A stretch of 46,343 nt of DNA from Candidatus Berkelbacteria bacterium RIFCSPLOWO2_01_FULL_50_28. Lineage in GTDB: Bacteria; Patescibacteriota; UBA1384; 2-12-FULL-50-11. Below are positions 24,751 to 33,600 of this stretch, in pieces. Positions within the stretch are counted from its first letter, which is position 1. Each line of letters opens with the position of its first letter. The position numbers and the translations under genes were made by a program. The notes beneath the pieces are model-generated. The model made no database searches, had not been told where the DNA came from, and saw only the letters and a list, made by a program, of their open reading frames with translations. The stretch spans positions 226,753 to 273,095 of the forward strand of contig MEZX01000002.1 in assembly GCA_001774395.1 (NCBI GenBank). The letters are read 5' to 3'.

Positions 24751-26830
24751 CGTCATTTCCACAACTTACCGTCGGTATTACAGTGACCTTCTGGTAGATT
24801 TAGGCATCGGTCAAGACATCAATATGCATCCGCATTACTTGATAAAAGCTAAATTAGAAACTGCCAGTGAGAAACCATCGAGCAAACCAAAATGTGAGGT
24901 ATCAGAGTCAATTTATTATAATTCGAAGAACATTGAGACGAAATTATCATTTCTCAGTAAAGTAAAGTTAGTTGAATTTCTTGGAGAATTGCCACCCCTG
25001 ACCTCCACAAATCTTTTTCTAGACCCCACGAAAAAATTTAAGATTCTGTTAAAGGGTGAGGAAGCTTTCGTAGTGCTAAAAATTCATAATTCTAAAAAAT
25101 ATTTGGCTAACCTAAGGCGAATGAAGAGGTTGATTGAACCTTTGAAAAACATTTTTGCCGTCGATTCAGATTTTGCGATTCTTCACATGGGGAGTGAGTG
25201 TTACTTGGTAAGCAAGTTTCGCGATATGAGTTTAGAAGATTGCACCAAAGAAGAAAAGATAACTCTAAAACAGAGAAAAGATACTATCAAGCATCTGGCC
25301 AACCTGAATGAATTATTTGTAAAGAAGGGCGTATTTTTTTGCGGTTTTGCCCCACGAAATTTTTTAGTTTCAAACAGTAGGATTTATATTATTGATTTTG
25401 AAGATTTGTATTATTCGAAGTCTTTAAGCTCTGAGAACATTAGGTATCTTCAGGACCTTAGGACAGCTCTTTTCTCCGATACTTTTTCTCAGCAAGAGAT
25501 TTCGGAAATATTCGCTTCTGATAAATTAATTCATGTGCCAGAGGACCGTCTAGTAACCGCCGATCCTATTGAGAAAGCGTATTTTCGTAAATCAAGAATC
25601 AAACAAGAAGAGCGAAATACATTATGGGAATATACCAAAAATTTAGAGCAAGTAATCTTTTATAAAAACAGGCCGATATACGGGCATAATATAGGTCAGT
25701 TTTTTTCAGACAACCTTGACCCTAAGCTAGAGGCTTTGTTGATAGAGCGGTTTTATATAATTAACCAGCAAGATCGAACATCGTTTGAAGAGTTAACTAA
25801 TTTATTTGATTTATTGACTGATTATTACAGCGAGAACAAATTCAGGGAATTGTATAATCAACAGATAAGATTCGATTTTGTCCCTCTAATAAAGCAGTGC
25901 TTGAAAGTATTAGAATCTGATTTCGAGAATACTATGGCCTTTGTTAGATATTTCAATCAATCGAACTGTTTGGACAAGTCGCTAAGTTTTAGTGAGAAAA
26001 AGAAGGTTATTGAGTTTGTTAACGATGTGATACATACAAAGATTATTCATAAAACTGACTTTTCCAATATCTCTTTATTCTCAAACATTGTCGCAAAAAC
26101 AGTTTATGGCCCATGGAAAAGCGAAGCTGAAAATATTGGAATTATCAACACAATTTACCCATATTCCCCCAAAAAAATAAAAATATACTCACACCCTGAA
26201 TATGCCACCATTCTGTATGAATATTACGGTAAATCGAATCTATCTTTTGGCGATAGTAAAGAAGCGGCCAGATTGTTAGCGAAGCTTCATAACACAGAGA
26301 TCAATGATCGAATCACCGGAAAATTAAAGTCTAAATACTTAAAACTTGATGACGGTACAATCAAAATGATAACCGAATTCCTTTCAAACCACGGTTACAT
26401 CAAAGATGACTTAGAAATGATTTACGAGAGAGCTGAAGCTTTGAAGAGGGCTTTCCATCCAAAGTCCGTGATACACAACGATTTATATTACGATCAATTT
26501 CATAAGAATAAACAGATGACCTTACTGGATTGGACATATGCTACGGTGGGGTCACCATTTATAGATTTGTCGAGTATTTTAAGAAATGATTACGATAATC
26601 GAAATGCTAAACTTGATAAGAGATCATTTTTAGACGAATACCTAAAATATTCAAAATATAGTAAAGAATTTTCAGATCAAAAATTAATAGAAGGTTTTTA
26701 TATGAACTGTTTCAGGGAAATTGTCTGGTTTATAGAAAGAATCAATTTGGATGAAACTCATGGCGGTGAAGTCGACACTTGGTTAAAAGACGCCGTTAAC
26801 GACTTAAAGCGCAATGAGTTCGTATGGTAG
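24734..26830 (+). CDS. 698-aa protein with two protein-kinase-like-fold domains (N-terminal degenerate, C-terminal APH/choline-kinase-like)
   Basis: The N-terminal domain has 'VVLKI', 'CGFAPRNFLV' and 'IIDFED'. The C-terminal domain has 'VIHNDLYYDQF' and 'LLDWTYATVGSPFIDL'. The gene overlaps the previous one by 11-17 nt. Confidence 0.6.
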   Translation: MLMIRNVISTTYRRYYSDLLVDLGIGQDINMHPHYLIKAKLETASEKPSSKPKCEVSESIYYNSKNIETKLSFLSKVKLVEFLGELPPLTSTNLFLDPTKKFKILLKGEEAFVVLKIHNSKKYLANLRRMKRLIEPLKNIFAVDSDFAILHMGSECYLVSKFRDMSLEDCTKEEKITLKQRKDTIKHLANLNELFVKKGVFFCGFAPRNFLVSNSRIYIIDFEDLYYSKSLSSENIRYLQDLRTALFSDTFSQQEISEIFASDKLIHVPEDRLVTADPIEKAYFRKSRIKQEERNTLWEYTKNLEQVIFYKNRPIYGHNIGQFFSDNLDPKLEALLIERFYIINQQDRTSFEELTNLFDLLTDYYSENKFRELYNQQIRFDFVPLIKQCLKVLESDFENTMAFVRYFNQSNCLDKSLSFSEKKKVIEFVNDVIHTKIIHKTDFSNISLFSNIVAKTVYGPWKSEAENIGIINTIYPYSPKKIKIYSHPEYATILYEYYGKSNLSFGDSKEAARLLAKLHNTEINDRITGKLKSKYLKLDDGTIKMITEFLSNHGYIKDDLEMIYERAEALKRAFHPKSVIHNDLYYDQFHKNKQMTLLDWTYATVGSPFIDLSSILRNDYDNRNAKLDKRSFLDEYLKYSKYSKEFSDQKLIEGFYMNCFREIVWFIERINLDETHGGEVDTWLKDAVNDLKRNEFVW

Positions 26831-27005
26831 GTCTTGGAGATATTATGGAACAATTCCTGAGAACATGTACCGCTTGTTAAGCGGGGCTTAGGGGACGGTT
26901 CTGAATCCGACTTCCAAAAGATACGCCAAGAGTCATGGAGGTAGAGCAGTAAGGCTTTGGGAGCGAATTGCTTGAAGACGGTAGTTATGGTTCAATTGTC
27001 TCGTT

Positions 27006-28043
27006 ATGTACTACTTCTCAACATTTATTTCGGGCTTCCAGGACATTGTTACATCGCTAATCGGGCAGATGCTCAAAGATGTAGAGATAGTCAGCGTTTT
27101 TGACGGCGTTATTCTCTACAAGACTAGCGCTGCCCCTGAGAAGATAAGGGCCACCAAGATCTTTAGTAACTCTTTTATGCTGTTGGGCAGGTATCAAGTC
27201 TCTGCAGACAAAACGCCAGACTACTTGGTTAAACAGTTTCTGGGGTCAAGCAAAGATATGGGGGCAGAGACTCGATCCGAGATAGGAAGAAGCAGGTATG
27301 AAACTTTTCGTGTCATATCTTCGCAACGTAACCAGCTGTACTCAACCGACCGGGTTCTTTTGAAGAGAGTCGAGGACAAGATCTTGAAAAATACTAATCT
27401 GTCGGTGGATAGATTGAACCCGGATGTGGAATTTTGGTTTTTAACCAGAAGCGAAGGCATTGGTTTATTCGGCATGAGGATAACCAAGCATAAGTCCTAC
27501 GATAAAGTTTTGCAGAGAGGTGAGCTCAGGCCCGAGTTGGCGAATCTTATGTGCTGGCTTTCTGAACCAGGCAGTGACGATGTGTTTCTGGATCCTTTCT
27601 GTGGCTACGGCTCGATTCCTTTCGAGAGAAGCGGCATAGCTGAGTATGAAAGAATATTGGCCTCAGATACCGACAAAGATAAACTTAAAGCAGTCGCAGC
27701 TAAGTTCCAATCGACCACCAACAGAAGCAAGATTCTTGTCTCGGCCGACGATTTTTTCAAGATAGCCGCACCAAAGGACTTGGTAGTCAATAAGATAGTT
27801 ACTGACCCACCCTGGGGAGAGTACGAGAAGATGTCGGTGGAGACGGTCAAATTCTACGAGGAGTTTCTGCAAAAATGCTCCGAGCTACTAGCGCCTGGTG
27901 GTATATTGGTGTTCATCAGCTCCTGTAAGTTAGAAATCGACGAAGTACTAAAGAAGCTAGCTCCTAAACTAGCCTTGGAGCAAAGTTATGACATCCTGGT
28001 CTCGGGGAAAAAGGCGAGAATTTATAAGTTTATAAATAATTAG
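27006..28043 (+). CDS. THUMP-domain SAM-dependent methyltransferase (RNA m2G/m6A-type)
   Basis: 'LDPFCGYGSIPFE' is motif I and 'VTDPPWGE' is motif IV. The N-terminal region of about 150 aa has THUMP-like length. Confidence 0.75.
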   Translation: MYYFSTFISGFQDIVTSLIGQMLKDVEIVSVFDGVILYKTSAAPEKIRATKIFSNSFMLLGRYQVSADKTPDYLVKQFLGSSKDMGAETRSEIGRSRYETFRVISSQRNQLYSTDRVLLKRVEDKILKNTNLSVDRLNPDVEFWFLTRSEGIGLFGMRITKHKSYDKVLQRGELRPELANLMCWLSEPGSDDVFLDPFCGYGSIPFERSGIAEYERILASDTDKDKLKAVAAKFQSTTNRSKILVSADDFFKIAAPKDLVVNKIVTDPPWGEYEKMSVETVKFYEEFLQKCSELLAPGGILVFISSCKLEIDEVLKKLAPKLALEQSYDILVSGKKARIYKFINN

Positions 28044-28107
28044 CTAGTTTTTTGCTGTCGCTATCAGATTGTCTCTGTTGAACTGCTCTTCGGTGCGCTG
28101 GAACTGT

Positions 28108-28527
28108 TTAGGCGTACTTCTTTTCTTCTCGCCCAAGAGCGATGGCGGTTAGCTTGTCGACCATCCGTTCCAAGTGTTCTAAATACCAGCCGTGGACTTT
28201 GTCACCCTCTTTATGGTTTTTCAAGATAGCATTTTCGGCGTACGAGTCTAAACTCCAAACTACAACGTGCATCATCTCGTGAACGAGGATGTACTCCTCG
28301 TCGCGGAATGGATTGCAGGACAGCTGGATTACCCCGGTCTTTTTGTCTAAATCAGCTACAAAGTTGCCGCTTTGGCGAAAATCTTTTCTTAAGAAGTCGA
28401 CGATCTGAATTTTCAGATCCCATTCGGTAAGAAAAAGCTTTTTCTGCCACCTCTCCAAGAGTTTCTGTAGTTCCCCTTTGGACAGTCCGCTCTTCTTTTC
28501 AACATCTTTCTTAATTTCGTGTTCCAT
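28108..28527 (-). CDS. small zincin-like (HExxH) protein
   Basis: 139 aa. 'LVHEMMHVVVW' is the only motif seen. The layout resembles small phage or accessory metallopeptidase-domain proteins. Confidence 0.45.
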   Translation of the reverse strand: MEHEIKKDVEKKSGLSKGELQKLLERWQKKLFLTEWDLKIQIVDFLRKDFRQSGNFVADLDKKTGVIQLSCNPFRDEEYILVHEMMHVVVWSLDSYAENAILKNHKEGDKVHGWYLEHLERMVDKLTAIALGREEKKYA

Positions 28528-28571
28528 GAGCGCATCATATCGCTATATTGGTTCGGTTAGGATAGGCGACG

Positions 28572-29309
28572 CTAGTACGACCCAACAAGAGATCGATATA
28601 TCTTGTACGCTCTATCGCCGTGCCAGTCGGCGGGAAGGAGCTCCGTGGGTAAGTGCGGGTCGTCGTGATAGATGCTGGCAAACTGAGCTTCAAGCTCTTT
28701 GGCTGTCAGCGGCCAGTGGGGTGACGAGCGCTTTTTGGCTTTTCGAACATCGGTACTAAATTGCTTATAGCAGTCGTTTATCTCATCAAGCTGCCAAATT
28801 CGTTCGGCTTTGTGTTTCTCTTGGTCGATGTCATCGGTTTCAAGAAGCGTCGTAAATTGCTGAATGCCTAGGTCGGACGTTAATCTGCGAATTGGTGCAA
28901 AAAGCGAGTGCGGGGAGATGTAGACACCGTCTCGCAGCTTCTCAAAACCCAGTTCTTTTAGGGCGGAAAGTAGCTGGATGCGATATTTTTTCTCTTTTTC
29001 AGGCACATCAGTGATAACCAGGCGCCATTTACCGTCCCACGGGCCGTAGGCTTTGTACGCTAGCCGGGGAGCAATTCTTAGACGCCCTTTTTGGGTGACG
29101 ACTGGGTGCTGCTTTCGGTAACGGGTAGAGATGCCAACGAACCCGTCGTGTTTCAGTTTCGAAAACTCCTTGCGCAGAGTTCGGATGGAATGTTGCTTAC
29201 CAACTGTCTCGCTCAGGGCGTTTGACAGGCTTTGATAGCTAAACTTAAAGCGATCTTCTTTCAAGCAGAAGGCTATGTAGGTTAAAATAAGATCCGAATT
29301 TGTTCTCAT
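28572..29309 (-). CDS. PaaX-family-like transcriptional regulator
   Basis: The N-terminus is wHTH-like. The central 'WDGKWRLVITDVPEKEKKYRIQLLSALKELGFEKLRDGVYISPH' is typical of the PaaX (Cas2-like fold) domain. Confidence 0.6.
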   Translation of the reverse strand: MRTNSDLILTYIAFCLKEDRFKFSYQSLSNALSETVGKQHSIRTLRKEFSKLKHDGFVGISTRYRKQHPVVTQKGRLRIAPRLAYKAYGPWDGKWRLVITDVPEKEKKYRIQLLSALKELGFEKLRDGVYISPHSLFAPIRRLTSDLGIQQFTTLLETDDIDQEKHKAERIWQLDEINDCYKQFSTDVRKAKKRSSPHWPLTAKELEAQFASIYHDDPHLPTELLPADWHGDRAYKIYRSLVGSY

Positions 29310-29366
29310 GTACTGATACTTATACAGCTAATATACATCTATATCAAGGTATAACCACTCGGGGAG

Positions 29367-29382
29367 TGTGAATTGCTTCACA
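29367..29382. promoter_or_regulatory. TGTGA-N6-TCACA palindrome (CRP/FNR-type box) in a divergent intergenic region
   Basis: TGTGA (29367-29371), ATTGCT, TCACA (29378-29382), lying between the PaaX-like gene and the alpha-oxoamine synthase gene. Confidence 0.3.
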
Positions 29383-29488
29383 TATAAATGATTTGAGGCT
29401 CTATGGGGTATCCCAATAAAATTACATCAGTAAAGGATTCGTCCTTTCACATCTTGCACGAAACCCCAATCTTTGGGTGGAGGGAACC

Positions 29489-30760
29489 ATGTTTCCAGAT
29501 AACGTTAGAATCGCGATTGATGGATTCCTCGGAGCACTCAAGGAAAGGGGGCTATTCCCCGACCCTGTGTGTGTCGATGGACAAACGACCGAGCCAGAAA
29601 TACTGATCAATGGTAAGAGGGTCATCCAATTTAGTGCCTGTAACTACCTTGGTTTGGCCACTCACCCAGCAGTCAAGGGTATTGCTAAGGACGGGATTGA
29701 CCGATACGGCTTAGCAACCTGCGCATCAAGACTGATCTGCGGAACCACGGATTCGCATCGCCTGCTAGAGTCTGAGCTTACGAAGTTCATGAATTCAGAC
29801 GATGCGGCAGTGTTCTTCATGGTTACGCAGGCCAACGCTGCGGCAATCACGTCAGTCATGGGCGGCCCGAGCAGTATATTGAGTCCGTCGCCTCTGCTCG
29901 ACAAGCTCGGTATTGAGCCGATAAGAGGATCCAAGGAGATCTTCTTCGACTGGTACAGTCACCCTAGTCTGGTTTGGGCTTCCATCGAAGCTGTCTCTAA
30001 AGAGGGTCTGCGACCGTACAGGCATCTTGATATGGCTGATCTGGAGGCAAAGCTCAAGAGGAGTGAGGCGGGGCTGAAACTCATCGTCACTGATGGGTTG
30101 TTTAGCTCCGTTGGCACAATGGCCCCACTACCGAATTTGGTCGCCCTAAGTGAGAAATATGAGGCGATCTTACTGGTGGACGACGCACACGCGACGGGTG
30201 TTCTAGGAGAGAACGGCAGGGGTACATGTGAGCTCTTGGGCGTGGAAGGGCGAGTTGACATCCAGATTGGCTCACTCTCCAAAGCTTTCGCCGGTGGACT
30301 TGGTGGTTTCGTTTCGGGGGATCAGAATCTTATTGATATAATCAGGTTGTCAGGCAGATACATCAATACTGGTTCGCCGACCCCAGCTAACGTACAAGCC
30401 CTGGTGGAGTGTGTTCGAATTGCTCGAGACGAACCTTGGAGAAAGGAGAGTGTCCTCGAGAACGCGAACTACCTACGAGGGAAACTTCACGGGCTAGGGT
30501 TCTCGACGCTCGACAGCCAGGCTCACATCGTTCCCGTTCATATCGGTGACGAAGAAAGGGCAATTGCTGTGTCCAAAGCTCTTTTCGAGAAGGGCTTTCT
30601 GGTGACCGTGTTCAGGTACCCAGCGATCCCGCTTGGAAAAGCGATCCTTCGGATGTGTACAATGGCGACACACACGAAGGAGCACATGGACCAATTCCTT
30701 TGTGCGTTTAGCGAGGTAGCAGAAGACTACAAGGTGCCTCGCTTGGAGGCAGCGAGCTAG
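29489..30760 (+). CDS. alpha-oxoamine synthase family PLP enzyme (AONS/KBL/serine palmitoyltransferase-like)
   Basis: 'NYLGLATHP', 'DDAHATGVLGENGRG' and 'GSLSKAFAG' (PLP lysine). GGAGGG is upstream of ATG 29489, and GTG 29477 is also possible. Confidence 0.85.
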   Translation: MFPDNVRIAIDGFLGALKERGLFPDPVCVDGQTTEPEILINGKRVIQFSACNYLGLATHPAVKGIAKDGIDRYGLATCASRLICGTTDSHRLLESELTKFMNSDDAAVFFMVTQANAAAITSVMGGPSSILSPSPLLDKLGIEPIRGSKEIFFDWYSHPSLVWASIEAVSKEGLRPYRHLDMADLEAKLKRSEAGLKLIVTDGLFSSVGTMAPLPNLVALSEKYEAILLVDDAHATGVLGENGRGTCELLGVEGRVDIQIGSLSKAFAGGLGGFVSGDQNLIDIIRLSGRYINTGSPTPANVQALVECVRIARDEPWRKESVLENANYLRGKLHGLGFSTLDSQAHIVPVHIGDEERAIAVSKALFEKGFLVTVFRYPAIPLGKAILRMCTMATHTKEHMDQFLCAFSEVAEDYKVPRLEAAS

Positions 30761-30779
30761 CGATCGAATGTAACAGACC

Positions 30780-30812
30780 GGGCGCCCCATAACTGTGGGC
30801 GCCCCTTTTTAT
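30780..30812 (+). terminator. rho-independent terminator
   Basis: The self-complementary GGGCGCCC occurs twice (30780-30787 and 30797-30804), then CTTTTTATT. Confidence 0.7.
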
Positions 30813-30865
30813 TACCACGATACATTTAGGTTAGAATGCGAGTAGCGCTATGATGAATATCTAAT

Positions 30866-33139
30866 ATGGATAAGTTAATTAACTTACTAAATGTTGTTTC
30901 GATATTGATAATTCTTGCTTTGGGACTATTGGTGATCTTAAGGAGTAATAAGGACCCGAATAGCAAGAAGTTTTTCCTGTTTGTAGTGAGTTTGGCATTG
31001 TGGCTCTCCACTGGATTTCTTCTTAGATTTACTTGGAATTACGACTTATCCCTTTTTGTCTTACGTTTGAATTACGCACTTACTGGAATTGTGGTTTATA
31101 GTCTTTTTGTTTTTAGCCTAGGCTTTCCTCAGAAGCTTTGGCAAAAGAATACAGCCTATTCGTTAACAATGCTGGTCCCCACTTTGTTAGTAGTAGGCAT
31201 ATCACTTTCAAACGCAGTAGTTGCTGGCTTTACGAGAGATGGCTCCATCATAAACGTTGTTCCAAGTTGGGGTTTTGTCGTGTTCATGGTTAGCATAATC
31301 CTTCAGTTACTTTTGGTGTTTAACATCTTATTGAGACAATATAGAAACTCAGAGGGCATTCTTCGGGCCCAAGCGCTCTTTCTCTTTCTGGGGATAACCC
31401 TAGCTGCTGTATTCGCACTTGTTGCAGACTTGTTGATCCCGCTGATTTTTAAAACATTCATAACAGCCAACTTCGATGCTATCTGGATGTTCTTTCTGGT
31501 CGGCTTTTGTACGTACGCCATACTCAAACACCATCTTCTGTCTGTAAAGGTTATCACGACAGAGTCAATGGTTGTTATCATCGTCATGGTGCTTGTCGTA
31601 CAAGCATTCCTTTCGCAAGGTTGGACCGAGGGGGTATTACGTGGTGGCTTTGCGATGGTGGTTGCGTATTTTGGTTTTTTGCTTATCAGGTCTGTGCTCG
31701 AAGAAATCGATCGGCGGCAGCAGATTGAGAAGCTTGCCAAGGAACGGCAAGAAGCGCTGGTGGAGCTTGAGCAACGCAACAAAAACCTAGCGACGTTGCA
31801 AAGGATTTCTGAAGTTGTACTAAACGAATCTGATATGAAAGTAATGGCTCAGAAGATTCTCGATGAGCTGCCGAAGCAGTTGGAAGCATGTGCGGGCGGG
31901 TTTCTATCGATCGTCAAAGACGGCAATTTGGTTGCTTACGCGATTTCCAGTAATGAATTTTCCGAAAAAATCGTCTCGATGGTCGGCGGGGATTTAGAGA
32001 AATACAGTTTTCCTATCAAGAAGGAATACAACCTTTTGCATCAAGTGGTGGTTGAAAAGAAGCCGATAAGCTCGGAGAATCTTTCGGACTTTATCTCGCC
32101 GCCGATCGACAAGCCTCTAGCAATGACGATGCAAAAAATTATTGGAGCGCGTGAGATGGAGGCCTTTCCGCTTTACGCTGGTGGCGAGCCGTTCGGGACG
32201 ATGCTTTTCATCTATCGACATCCAGTGCGGCAAAGAAACGAGAATATCGCTCGGGCTATTGCCGATGATATGTCGCTGGCGATTCAGCGGGCCTCGGCCT
32301 TCCAGAAATTGAAAGACGCTAACGAGTATCTGGCCCAGCTCGACAAAATGAAAGACGAATTTATTTCGATGGCTTCCCACGAGCTAAACACGCCGCTAGC
32401 GGCCATTGAGGGCTATCTGTCGATGGTGCTGGACGAAGGAATGGGCAAGGTTGACCCGAAGGCTAAGGAGTACTTAGGCCGAGCATACGAGTCGAGCAAA
32501 CGTTTAGCTGAATTGATTTTGGATTTGCTTAATGTCTCCCGAATCGAGCAAGGTCGCTTGAAGGTTAAGTTCGCCGAGACCAATTTGGTGGACTTGGCCC
32601 AATCGGTTATTCACGAGCTGCAGATTAAGGCTGACAGCAAAAAGATTTATATGAAGTTGGAGGCCAACAAGAAGGACGTCCCAAATACTTGGTGCGACAC
32701 CGATCGAATTCGCGAAGTTTTCGTCAACTTTGTTGGCAACGCTTTGAAATTCACCGAAAAAGGCGGGGTGACAGTACGGGTTGAAAAAGTGGACGGTAAG
32801 GCGGTTCGCGGGACGGTAACCGACACCGGACGCGGCATTGCGAAAGTTGATCAGAAGAAGCTGTTCCAGAAGTTCTCTCAGATTAAGCGGGAAACTGACG
32901 AACACCAAGGCACCGGTTTGGGGTTGTACATCAGTAAGAACTTTGTGGATCTACATAAGGGGCGAGTGTGGGTTGACTCCGATGAAGGCAAGGGCGCGAC
33001 ATTCGGCTTTGAAATTCCCGTTCTGAAAGCCGCGCCGAAAGAAGTTGAGGGAGCGATGTTAGAAGACGGCGCGCCAAAAGCTTCTGGCTCTCCAGCAGCG
33101 ACAGACGGCGGCCACCAAGTTCCCAAGGCTGCCGGATAA
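30866..33139 (+). CDS. multi-pass membrane sensor histidine kinase (GAF-like linker, HisKA, HATPase_c)
   Basis: About 7 N-terminal hydrophobic helices, H-box 'SMASHELNTPL', N-box 'NFVGNALKFT', and 'DTGRGI' plus 'GTGLGLYIS' G-boxes. Confidence 0.9.
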   Translation: MDKLINLLNVVSILIILALGLLVILRSNKDPNSKKFFLFVVSLALWLSTGFLLRFTWNYDLSLFVLRLNYALTGIVVYSLFVFSLGFPQKLWQKNTAYSLTMLVPTLLVVGISLSNAVVAGFTRDGSIINVVPSWGFVVFMVSIILQLLLVFNILLRQYRNSEGILRAQALFLFLGITLAAVFALVADLLIPLIFKTFITANFDAIWMFFLVGFCTYAILKHHLLSVKVITTESMVVIIVMVLVVQAFLSQGWTEGVLRGGFAMVVAYFGFLLIRSVLEEIDRRQQIEKLAKERQEALVELEQRNKNLATLQRISEVVLNESDMKVMAQKILDELPKQLEACAGGFLSIVKDGNLVAYAISSNEFSEKIVSMVGGDLEKYSFPIKKEYNLLHQVVVEKKPISSENLSDFISPPIDKPLAMTMQKIIGAREMEAFPLYAGGEPFGTMLFIYRHPVRQRNENIARAIADDMSLAIQRASAFQKLKDANEYLAQLDKMKDEFISMASHELNTPLAAIEGYLSMVLDEGMGKVDPKAKEYLGRAYESSKRLAELILDLLNVSRIEQGRLKVKFAETNLVDLAQSVIHELQIKADSKKIYMKLEANKKDVPNTWCDTDRIREVFVNFVGNALKFTEKGGVTVRVEKVDGKAVRGTVTDTGRGIAKVDQKKLFQKFSQIKRETDEHQGTGLGLYISKNFVDLHKGRVWVDSDEGKGATFGFEIPVLKAAPKEVEGAMLEDGAPKASGSPAATDGGHQVPKAAG

Positions 33140-33177
33140 CTTTACAAATAGCGACGATATGGTAATTATTAGTTGAT

Positions 33178-33597
33178 ATGACAGATTCATTTAAGACAGT
33201 TCTACTTGTTGATGACGACCTGACCTTGCGGGAGATGTATGCGGAACGGTTTAAAGCGGAAGGATTTACGGTTGACACTGCCCACGACGGGGAAGATGCG
33301 CTTGTTAAAGCAGGTCAAGATAATCCGAATATAATTTTGCTCGATATCATGATGCCCAAAATTAACGGGCTCGATGTGTTGAAGAAGTTGAAAGAGCAGC
33401 CCGAGACCAAAGATATTCCGGTGATCGTGCTAACGGCTTTGATTCAAGATCGCGAACGCGAGGAGGCAACCAAACTCGGCGCCGTTGATTACGTCGTGAA
33501 ATCGGAAACCATGCCGGGTGAAGTAATCGAAAAAATTCACCACGCACTTGACGACACGGCGGCAAAACCAGAAACCCCGGCAGCTCCGGCTAACTAG
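33178..33597 (+). CDS. receiver-only (CheY-like) response regulator
   Basis: 'VLLVDDD', 'ILLDIMMPKINGLDVL', 'VIVLTA' and 'DYVVK'. There is no output domain. Confidence 0.9.
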   Translation: MTDSFKTVLLVDDDLTLREMYAERFKAEGFTVDTAHDGEDALVKAGQDNPNIILLDIMMPKINGLDVLKKLKEQPETKDIPVIVLTALIQDREREEATKLGAVDYVVKSETMPGEVIEKIHHALDDTAAKPETPAAPAN

Positions 33598-33600
33598 TCA

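Noticed and set aside
21335-27005. Direct repeats (att-like) at the borders of the AT-rich island
   Set aside because: Only an 8-mer (ATGGTTCA) is shared between the left and right border regions. That is within chance expectation, so no insertion scars are claimed.
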